Source of the DNA: Gracilinanus agilis
Lineage: Eukaryota
DNA length: 60,275 nucleotides
Direction of reading: 5' to 3'
Assembly: GCF_016433145.1 (NCBI RefSeq)
Contig: NC_058131.1
Location: 686,962,992-687,023,266 of the forward strand
A model generated the notes under the pieces. That model saw nothing but the letters and a program-made list of their open reading frames with translations. It had not been told where the DNA came from and made no database searches. Of this stretch, positions 49,786 through 60,275 are shown one piece after another (position 1 is the first letter of the stretch; each line of letters starts with the position of its first letter). A program made the position numbers and the translations under genes.

Positions 49786-51189
49786 TCCTAGAGAATTGCT
49801 TGAGGCACATAAGTGATTTTACTAGGTCACACAGTCAGTGAGTGTCACAGGTAACATTTGAATTCAGTATCCCTCATTTCAAGTCCAGCACTCTCTACTT
49901 CCTGAGGGCACATCCTTAGAAAAAATAAATAACTTTGCACAGTTATCTGGGAACATGGGAATGAAAGCATGGCACAATAAAGAGTTAGAGGGGTACCCCA
50001 AAACCCTAGATTTAAAAAATGTCCTCAGAAGAGCAAAAAACATCCCACCCAGGTGCTGAAGGAGATAAAAAAAAAGTGTGAATGATATCTTTCTAAGCCA
50101 CTCTCAAGCTCTGTTGAATTGATCTGGGGTTGGGGGGAGAAGATTTAGGACTAAGGTACAAAGGGAGATGAAACTTTAAATCTCCAGTCTGCAAATAAGG
50201 CTTTAGAAAGTAGATGAACTCTGGTTCAGAAGTATATTTCCTGCTCTCACTACTCATATATGAGTGTGACCAGTATGTCCATCAGTTAGACCTTATGTTG
50301 GAGAACTGTTCCCTTAAGAAGGGATATAAGCATAATCTGCTAGCAGCTGGGCAGCATCATCCAAGAAAGAGAGAACCACCTTAGTTAGAGCAAGGATCAC
50401 AGAATGTTCACTTCCCACACAAGCTGAAAGGATTTTGAAGGAATGAACCAGAATAGCGATGGCTAATAACTTCTAAGAATGCAAGAGTTTCCAGAAAAAT
50501 TCAATGCAATGGAACTTGACAGAAGACCCAGAGAAGGGAGCTTTAATTTAAAGGAGGATGACTTAGGGACTCTTATTGGAATCATATGCTGGACAGTACT
50601 GTGAGCATCTGAGACAATCCAGATATCTGGAGAAGCATTACTTATAGATTTTTTTTTTTATTTTAAGGGAATCTGCAATAATTTCATCTATTTCTCTTGA
50701 AGATAAAAGTCTTTTGGGGGAACTTGAGAACACATGTGCTTAGAAGGAAAGCTAATCATTACTCCCTTTCTTTTGATGATTTGGGCTGGAATAGTAAATC
50801 CTAAAATAAATAATGTTTTTAAAGCACTTAGCATAGTGCCTGGCACATAGTAGGGTGCTTGATAAATGTATGTTCTTTTCCCCACTGCCTCAACCCCCAT
50901 CCAAGTCCTCTGGGTCAACACAAGAATCCAGAGAAGTTAAGGTGCCTGGATCTTTTTTTTTTGAGTGAATAACCATTGAAAGAAGAATTATCCAGGCATA
51001 AGTGCCATCCATTATTTTTTGTTTTCATATAGCACCTGACTACAAGTCCAAAATAAATACAACTGAAAATGGCCATTGTCTCTTTCTTTAGGAAAAAGGG
51101 ATTTCTCTGAATATATGAAATTAAAAAAAAATTCTACTTGAACTTCTATAGTAGTTGTCACTTTGTTGGGTTTTTTAAAATTATTTTTT

Positions 51190-51630
51190 GGGAAGCCAGG
51201 CGACTCAGTGGAGAACCAGGCCTAGAGATGAGAGGTCCAGGGTTCAAATCTGGCCTCAGATACTTCCTAGCTCTATGATCACTTAACCCCACTTGCGTAG
51301 TCCTTGCCTCTGTTCTACCTTAGAACCAATACTTAGTGTTAATTCTAAAACAAAAAGTAAGTGCTTTTAAAAAAAATTAGGGTTATGAAAAAAATTAGTT
51401 TGTAGAACCAAGAAGAGAATATACTTATAGCAATATAAATGAAAATACTGATAGCACCAGGCCTGGAGATGGGAGTTCCTGGGTTCAGATTTGGCCTCAG
51501 TTACTTCCTAGGTGTGTGACCCTGAACAAGTCACTGAACCCCATTTGCCTAGCCCTTACAGCTTTTCTGCCTTTAAATCAATACTTAGTATTGATTCTAA
51601 GATAGGAAGTGATGATAAAAAAATAAATAA
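51190..51630 (+). mobile_element. Two tandem SINE-1 copies (about 51190-51375 and 51450-51630)
   Basis: Both carry the core and the CTTAGAACCAATACTTAG-type tail. Confidence 0.8.
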
Positions 51631-51900
51631 ATGAAAATGCCTTAACCAAAGCGACTAAAACTGAATGTATAAAAATCATGACAAAATGTATCCCCTATAC
51701 AGATAAGAATTTCTTTGCAGAGATGGGGGACTATACATGTGGAATGATGCATACAAAGCCAATTTTTTGAAGTATTGGTTAGTTTTGCTAATCTATTTTC
51801 CTTCTTTTTTTTATCTTTTTTTTAAAATAAGGAATGGCACTCTGGGATGGGGAGACATTGAGAAACAGAGGTCATTTAAAAACAACTGATACCAAGAAGA
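51630..51900 (+). mobile_element. Old L1 3' UTR
   Basis: GATGGGGGACTATACATGTGGAATGATGC...GTTAGTTTTGCT. Confidence 0.6.
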
Positions 51901-54900
51901 TTATTTTAAATGGAAGAGGTGGTATGATGGGAAACTTCAGTTAAAAAATTAAACTAAAGTAAAGCTCTGGAACAGTTAAAAAAAGACAGATATTGAAATA
52001 TAAAAGAAAAGGATTTCAGATAGAAAATAGTATCCCTATACCCTAGAAAGCTTCAGAGGCTTGAATAGCTCGATTGGATATAAAGAGGCCAACGAGACCC
52101 TGAACTTGCCTGCTTAGCACAGGTTGCCTTCATAACTTTGTTCCCAGTCACTCATCTAGAGCAGATCTCCAAAAAATAATTTGAGAGGAAGAACCAACTA
52201 AGAGAGAGAGATATATATTTTATATTAATTTAAATACACATTTTTATGTTTTTATATATTCATATATGTATATACACACTACATACTTTTTCTCCACAGT
52301 TGATGAATGTACAGAAGGACTAGTCATTCCATATTAAATTAAAAATGATCACTCCTGGACAAAGAGTGTTGCTTCTAAAGGGAAGGGACCTTTGGGCCAG
52401 GAAAGATTCTCCCCTGATGGAAGCTCTGAGATAACTGAAGGGGAAGAGGCTTTTGCTGATCATAAGTTAAGAGTCATTGACCCAGCTAGAATAGTACTGT
52501 AGCACTATAGTATCCATAAGCAATATAACACAGCAGTTTAAGAGTATACAGCAGCAGCATCCAACCAAGTCAATACCTGATGACAGAAAAAGGTTGAAGT
52601 TGTCCATCAGACAGTAAGCCTACTTACTGTAGAGACGCTAAAGTCTAGTGGCCTTCTACCATGGCTCTTCTAGCCTCGTGACTGTTATTTAGCAACCATC
52701 AGTTGTCCTATGCTTTCCAACTATTAATGCCCAGTAGCTCAATCTTTTGTCCAGCTAAGTCCAGCAGAAGCCAATACCACGAGTATCCAATATAGCCATT
52801 CAGTGATCTTTTTCATCCAACTTATGGGTGGATCAGCCATCCATTGAATGGAGATTCATATCTTAAAGGGAGGAAACCCATCTGAGGAGCCCATCCATCA
52901 GGGATGTTGTTCCCTAGCAGAGATAGCCCAATTAAAGTGTCATAACTGACATCAAGCAATGAAGCAAATATCCTAAGGATCTTCCAGAGGAACAAAAAGT
53001 GCATCAGACCTTGGAATTTCTAGAGTTGTGAACAGCTTTAATCATGTATGTCTCATACATGAATGCCTCACCATCACTGTATAAGTCATTCCCACCCTTC
53101 CTCTTAAGAAGCCGGTGTATATCTATTTCCCATGGTATTGGGAAAAGTTCATTAGGTCTACTTTGCCTGCTATGCATTTAGCCTGGAGGCCTAGCACAGA
53201 GTAGGTGTTTATAAATATTTATTGTCTATTGCTTTAACCCTTTGAGTAAATATCTTGGTAAAGAACTCAGTCTACTGGCTAGTAACTTGGTACTATAATG
53301 GATGAAGAATCCAACTTCAAGTCAAGATGAAATGAAATTGAACCATCCCTCAAATACTAAGCTGTTCATTCTTGGGCAAATTACTGAACATCTATATTTC
53401 TCAGTTTCTATATCTATAAAATGAAGATAATAATAAATAACACCTTGTTCATGGGGTTGTTATGAGCACTAAATGAGTTAATACATGTAAAGTGGTTTCC
53501 AAACTTTAAAGTTATATATAAAAGTTAGCTACAATATTGTTATTATTATTACTGCCTAACACATAACAGATGATGAGCTAATGTTAGGAAGCTAGATACC
53601 AACGTCTATGTCATTAGAACCCAGAAAATAGTAACAATCATCTCTCTGGAGATCAAACTTGTTAATGTGGGCTTGAACTGGGCAGATAAGCCCAAAGTTG
53701 GGTATTAAATTAAAAAAAAATACAATATATATTTATGTCAATTGTTCCTTTCCCTGGGAATTTGGCTATTGACTAGACTTTGGTTTTGGATAGGACATAT
53801 GACATTGGAAGTAGAGGCAAAAATAATTGAGTTCAAAGTCTTTAAACTTGGAGTAAAATAATTTAGATTATCAATCCAAATTTTAGGTCAATGACATTAT
53901 CTGACATAGAGCAGTCTCTTTGGCTTTCTATTTCCAAATCTATAAAATAAGGCAGGGCTGAGTTAGATCTCAAAGATCTCAAAGGTTGTTTCCAGATATC
54001 ATGTTCTGAAATCATTTTAGTAACACAGAGATCATAGATTAGTCATTTTCCTTTCCTGAAATTCAATTTCATTATTTTTAAAATGACAGGTTGTATCCAA
54101 CAATATTATATGGTCCTTTCCTTCTCTACTCTTCAAAATGAACTGATGAATGTACATATGGATTTATAGCTATTATTTATAAAAAAAATTTTTGAGAGGC
54201 TCCAATTCTGCCACTTAGACTTATTTTCTTTTAAGAAAAGTAACATGGAAAAAAAAGATAACATATTTGAGAGAAAATTTTTAGTAATTCTTACTAAGTA
54301 TACAAAAGGGGTGAATGCACACATATAGCTCAAGGAATGCTTTTTGCCTGAGTAATAAAGGTCTAGACAATGCAATGTGGTAGAGAGATGCCTGACCTAG
54401 ACTCGGGATTTAGAACTGAGGCTTAGGTAGACTAGTTATGAATCATGTGTCCACAGTGATCCTAGATCCTAGATCTTTCCAGGTCTAGAAGGGACAAAAG
54501 ATGCCTGAGATCACACAGATAGAATCACAGATTAGAGCTTGAATACAGGGCTTCTGGCTTCAGATCAACTTCTTTCCCTTTTTTCCACTCTGCTTTTCAC
54601 TTCTCTTTTTGGAGCCATAGTTTCTCAATCTGTAAAATGGGGTTAACATTACTGCCACTACCCACTTCTCTGAGGCAACATGAGAAAAATATTCTTAAAA
54701 CTGGAGACCACTATAGAAAATAGAGCTATTATTATTATTAATTATTAATTATCATTATTATCATTATTATTCCATAGATGACTAATCTGTTCTTTTACTC
54801 TCTCCTTCTTTCCTTCCTTTCTTCCTTCCTTTTTTCTTTAAAAAAATTCACAGCTTTTTTGTTCTCCAAAAATCTTGGGAAACAAGCTTTACAGGGACAA

Positions 54901-57029
54901 TTCATTTCTTTGCTCACTAGACTCAAGCATAATTAGTCACTGGGCTTGCCATTAGTTAATGGCAGGCACAGTTATTAGAGACATTATTTTTCTGCTTTGA
55001 AAAGAGAATAAAATAAATAAGGCCTGGGAGAAAACTTGGCTCCTAATTGGTTGCTGTTTTTAGACTGGGGCAATGCTAAATGTCTCCAGCCACACCTTCT
55101 CAGAATTGAGAAAGGACTTAAGAGGCTGTCTAGTCTCATCCATAAATGAACAGGTCTCCCCTCTATAACATTCCTGACAAGTGGTCATCCAACCTCCTTT
55201 TTTAAAGCTTTGATGTATTATTTTTTTTCTATTTCCTTACATTGATATTTACTTATAATATTTTTAAAACACTCTAACAATGATGCAACATCAAGCAAAG
55301 CGATTCCCACATTAACAATTTCCAACAATGCATGGCTTATTTTGCACCACAAGTCATTCATTCTCTCTGTCAAGAGGTAGGAAGCATGCCTCATTATTGG
55401 TCCTTAGAATCATAATTGGCTGTTAAGCATATCAGAGTGTTTCATCTTTCAGAATTATATCTTTCAGTCTCTTCCTGAGGACTTTGGCGATAAGGAACTT
55501 GCTATCTCTTCTGAGATAACCCACTTTATACCCAAATGAATCTAACCATTAATAGGTTTTTCTTTAAACATGCCTGAAGCTGCCTCTCTGAAACATCTCA
55601 AAGTCTTAAGCAACATAAATACACTGCTGGACCCACACTTTGTTCTAACCTACAGAGATGGCAAACCTGGAACCCAGGGTCATTACTTCTGTACACTTCA
55701 CCTTTGCAGTGGGGCCGTAAGAGAGGGGAATAAATGTGATGTTGAAGAATTCAGCTACTCAAGGACATGTAGAGGAGGGAGGGTTAAACAATAGTTTGTG
55801 TCAAAAGACAAAAGAGTTTTAATGGACTGCATCAACAGTAAAAATGGGGCAACCAAATCAGCCAATCAAATCTCAAGACAGCATTATCATTATCTTTTCA
55901 CATTTCTATAGCATTTCTAATTCTACCTGGTATTTTCCTTAAAGTATATCTCAAAGTTAAGTGGTGCTGTATTGTTACTCCTACTTTACATATGAAGAAA
56001 GGGACCCTAAAAGACATAAAATGACTTTCCGAAAGTCAAAAGCTTGATGTGGGAGCTGGGATTAGAACCTCTGATCAGTTCTTGTGACATTTTTATTATA
56101 CTAAATTGCCTCTTACCATTAAATGTAGCAGGATTAGGCTCTGCTGCTTGTCCCACAAGGTAATACTAAGGAATAATGGATGGGATTGGAAAAGCAGACT
56201 TTAGGTTGGGTTTCCTTGTTATTTCTAGGTAGATGACTCTCCTATGGATATATCCAACCCCAGTCTCTCCCCTCAGTTTCAGGCCAATATCGTTAATTAC
56301 CTAATAGGCACATCAACTAGGATGTCTTAGAGACAACTTAAACTCGACATGTCTTGAACTGAACTCATCAACTTTTCCCTTTATATTTTGCTCTTCTTCC
56401 AGATTGCTCAGTTTCTGAGATAGGCACCACCATTCTTGCAGGGTCTCAGGTTCATCATCTCATCATTATCATGGATTCATTCTCCTTCACTCAACAAAAT
56501 CAATCACTTGCCAAATCTTGTTTCTGCCACCACAATACATCTGACCCTTTCTACCTACTCAAATAGCTACCTCTTAAAGCTCAGGTCTTTATCCCTTCTC
56601 TCCTTGATCACTGCAAAAGGACTCCTAATTGGTTTGTATGTCTCTCTCTGCTCTAAGTCATTGTAATTTTCTTTAAATGTAGATCTAACCATTTGCTTTG
56701 TCTTCTCCATCCTCTCCAAAAGCGTATTACTTCTAGGATAGAAGATAAATTTCCATGTTTAGCTTTTAACATCTTTCACAAGCTGGCCCCAACCCAACTT
56801 CCCTGCCTTCGTGGATGTTATTGTATGTCCTACACTCTAGGATTCAGCTCTTCTGATGTCTCTTTTCTGTACTTAAAACACTCCATACCCCTTTTCTGTT
56901 CATTTACATTGATCATCCCTCATGCTTGAATGTACTCTATCCTGGTCCCTCCCTCATTAAGCACCTCTCTTCCTCTGAAGATGTAACTCAGCCACTACCT
57001 TCTGTATAAGGCATTCCTTTTCTTCCTCC

Positions 57030-57220
57030 CCCCCTTACTTTCTATCTTAGAATTAATACTGTATATTGGTTATAAGGGAGAAAAGCAAGAAGGGCTAGAC
57101 ATTGGGGCTTAAGGGACTTACCCAGGGTCACAGAGCTGGGAAGTATCTGAGGCCAGATTTGTACCCAGGACCTCCCATTTCTAGGCAAGGCTCACAATCC
57201 ACTGAGATAGCCAGTTACCT
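57030..57220 (-). mobile_element. SINE-1 inserted in L2
   Basis: Tail CTTAGAATTAATACTG and core on the minus strand. Confidence 0.85.
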
Positions 57221-57234
57221 CTGTATACCGTATT

Positions 57235-57680
57235 TCTTTTTTTTTCCCCTTGTTCTCAACATATTTATTTTTATTTGAAAATCTGTAATTAATTAATTAA
57301 TTAATTGAAAATATTTTTCCATGGTTACATGATTCATGTTCTTTCCCTCCCCTCCTCCCATCCCCCTCCTGTAGCCTACAAGCAGTTCCACAGGGTTGTA
57401 CATGTATCATTGATCAAATCCTATTTCCATATTATTAATATTTGCATTATGTTGATTGCTTAGAGTCTACATCCCCAGTCATGTCCCTTTTGACCCATGT
57501 GATCAAGCAGTTCTTTTTCTTCTGTGTTTCTATTCCCACAGTTCATTCTTTGGATATGGATAGCATCTTTCTAATAAGATCCTCAGAATTGTCCTGGATC
57601 ATTGCATTGCTGATAGTAGAGAAGTCCATTACATTTTATTGTGCCACAGTGTACCTGTCTCTCAGTATACAATGATCTCC
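57235..57680 (-). mobile_element. L1 3' UTR
   Basis: TTTTCCATGGTTACATGATTCATG...CCCACAGTTCATTCTTTGGATATGGATAG, an opossum L1 3' end with a T-rich tail. Confidence 0.9.
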
Positions 57681-58784
57681 CTCCCAAACCACCTTATATT
57701 TAATGACTTTGTATAAATTTGTCTTACTTAACTTCATGCTGGTGCTATATACATTTCATATGCATTTACTGTTTCCCCCATTAGAATATAAACTTGTTAC
57801 AAGTAGGAACTTTTAAAAATTATTTGTTCTTGAAGCCCTAGTGTTTGGCACATAGCAGACATTTAATAAATGTTTGCTGATTTTATTGACATGACAAAAA
57901 GAAGTAAATGTTCTTTTGGAGGTATTCAAGAGTTGATTATAGGTCTGTAGGTAATGAGTTCCTCATCACTAGAAGTGTACAAGAAATGCAGAATGACCTC
58001 TCCTTCAGTTCAAGTAAAGGTTCAAGTAGATGACCGTTAAAATCTGTTCCTTATGTTCAGAGATGTTTATCCCTAAAAAAATGACTTCTGAATAATAAAT
58101 AGTTCTACCAAGTCTCAGCAACTTGATGTGGCAGTCTACTAAGGTAAAGCCTTAAGGGGAAGAGAATAAGCACTTATATAGTACTTTCTATGTGTCACAC
58201 TATACTAAATTTTTTTTTTAATATCTCATTTGATCCACACAACCACCTTGGGAAGTACATGCTATTTTATGCCCCATTTTGCATTTGAGGAAACTGACAC
58301 AAAAAGAGGTTAAGTGACTTCCACATGGTCAAACAAGAAGTAAATGTTAGAGGCCACATTTGAACTCAGATCATCATATGTTCAGGCAAAGTCAACCTTA
58401 GCTGCCTTAGTTTTCTGGCATCACTAGCAGAGGGAAGGTTACTCACTACAATGAAAGTCATAGGTTCCTAAACTATTAGAACAATGTAGAAATTGTTGAT
58501 TTAAGTATTTGGTCTAATCAACTTTGTCTTATTAGATCTGGCTTATAACGCCAACCTGTTGAGATCATTTATATATAATTTATGAGGATAATATATATAT
58601 ATATAATAAATTCTATATATAGAATAATAATATATAGAATAATAGAATGGATACACATCCATTCTATTATTCAACATGTTTATTTCCTCTTTCAGCTTAT
58701 CATTACCCCCAGATTGGATAAATGTGTTATCTATATCTTCTTTTAAATCAATGACCTAATGTTTCCTTACAATGACCTGTATTA

Positions 58785-58980
58785 GGGACAGCTGGGTTGC
58801 TCAGTGGATAGAGCCAGGAGTAGATAGGAGGTCCTGGGTTTAAATCTGGCCTCAGACACTTCCTAGCTATGTGACCTTGGCCAAGTCACTTAACCCCCAT
58901 TGCCTGGCCTTCACCACTGTTCTTCTGTCTTAGAAACAAAACTCAGTATTGATTCTAAGATGGAAAACGTTTTAAAAAAT
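58785..58980 (+). mobile_element. SINE-1
   Basis: Full length, with a TSD-like CTGTATTA on both sides. Confidence 0.9.
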
Positions 58981-59199
58981 CACAGATCTGTATTACACAT
59001 CTCCATGATAAGCTGAGATGAATACAAGTCATTGATAAAAAAGACAGATGCTTAGGTATGGAGGCTAAGAGGGTCTCAACCTTTTTCTTATTCAGATCAT
59101 GTTCTAATTTGCCATCATATCTTCATATGATGTCAAGCATTTCTCCCCTACCCTCTAATCAAAACACACTGGGAGCACTGAATACCATTTTGGGCATCA

Positions 59200-59400
59200 T
59201 ATAGGGGCAACTAAGTAACTCAATAGATAAGAGAGCAAGAACTAGAGATGGGAAGTCCTGGATTCAACTCTGTCATCAAGTACATCCTAGCTATAGAATC
59301 CTGGGGAAATTACTGAACTTCAATTGCTTAGCCTGTAGTAGAGATTAGCTCTTAGTTCTTAGTATGGATTCTAAGAGGGAAGGCAAAGTTTAAAAAAATT
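59200..59400 (+). mobile_element. SINE-1, diverged
   Basis: Head, core and GATTCTAAGAGGGAAGG tail are recognisable. Confidence 0.7.
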
Positions 59401-60275
59401 TGGGCTTCAGTGAGAACAGAGAGAGGTGACCAAGATAGGAAGAGATTGACTGCAGGATTATTTGAAGAGAAGTGGATTATTTACTCTAGAGGAAAGGAAT
59501 TTTAGGATAAAAACAATTAGTATCTTTAGGTATTTGAGGGATTGTCATGTTTTTGTTATGAAGACTTGTATTGCAGCTCTCCTGTAAGTTGAAGAAATGG
59601 ATGGATGTTCTAGGAACTTCAGTTGGAATTAATTCACAAACAAAAACAAAAGACTTGTCAAGGTGGTCGTCACAGCAAAATCCTCTCAATTCTCTGATCA
59701 TACTTTTTTAGATATATTCTTGTTGGCCAATGTCCCTCCTAGAGTACAATTCCCAAATGATACTGAATGTAATATTCCAGGCGGGGTCTAACTAGTACAG
59801 AGTACTGTGGGATAGACAATTTACTAACTTTTGACTAAAATTCTATTATTTTTTAGTCTGTGATTGGATTTAGATTATAAAAATGTAGGTTCAAATCCTA
59901 TTGCTTTCATTTAATATCTATGTTTCTTTGGACAAGTGTATTAGTCAATTTCTCTAATCCCCAATTTCTTCTTCTATAAAATACAGAGGCTGGGTTAAGG
60001 GACCTTCCTTTTTGATATCCAAGATCCAATGATCCTATGCATTACAACCTACAGAGAAACATAGTTGATGAAAAAATATATCTCAGAGCCAGGAAGTCCT
60101 AGATCCAAGTACCACTTTGGAAATATACTGGTTTTGTGACCCTGACTGAGATACTCTCAGTGCCATGGAAAACTCTAAGATTTTAAAATGTAGAAAAGTT
60201 TACTTCATATCTCTCTCTGACTGAGTTGCAGAAGGAGTTTCCTTCCTGGAAATTTCTGAATACCAAGGAATCAAA

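Larger units (their letters stand above)
56220..57890 (+). mobile_element. L2 3' region interrupted by SINE-1 and L1
   Basis: L2 sequence on both sides of 57030-57680, ending ATAAATGTTTGCTGATT. Confidence 0.8.
1..60275 (-). other. GRID1: GRID1 intronic sequence (downstream intron 1-30066; upstream intron 30263-60275)
   Basis: I found no match to the flanking GRID1 exons (GGESSVNSMAMR...; AKKGNYAFLWD...) by eye. GRID1 is known to have very large introns. Confidence 0.85.

Noticed and set aside
43292-50537. 15-bp match AAGACCCAGAGAAGG at about 43292 and 50523
   Set aside because: There is no flanking similarity, and the length is near chance expectation for a 60-kb AT-rich window.
52540-53010. 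Repeat-poor stretch checked as a possible retrocopy
   Set aside because: No recognisable protein similarity, poly(A) tail or TSD.

Overview
This is eukaryotic genomic DNA from a marsupial, most likely a didelphid opossum. The evidence is SINE-1/MAR1 CORE-SINEs, opossum-type L1 3' ends, OposCharlie-like hAT MITEs, strong CpG depletion and three N gaps. The window appears to lie entirely inside GRID1 (glutamate receptor delta-1, minus strand). Only one coding exon is visible, a 196-bp S2 ligand-binding-domain exon at 30067-30262 (equivalent to human exon 13), flanked by at least 30 kb of intron on each side. The introns are mostly old L2, L3/CR1, L1 and MIR/MAR1 remnants, plus younger SINE-1 copies, two solo LTRs, hAT MITEs and microsatellites. 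The ORF track misses a 5'-truncated processed pseudogene of GHITM (minus strand, about 12312-13180). The best candidate for something undescribed is a 402-bp fold-back element (26486-26887) with TGT...ACA ends, 99-bp terminal inverted repeats, a probable 4-bp TSD and a mini-hairpin on its symmetry axis. Other leads are a CpG-retaining ZNF143/ETS/CCAAT promoter-like motif cluster about 0.8 kb upstream of the GRID1 exon, an old diverged local duplication with a 19-bp invariant core, and a templated-insertion scar inside the retrocopy. Repeat family names come from recognition by eye, not a database search, and old-repeat boundaries are approximate. No prokaryotic-type system (CRISPR, operon) is present.
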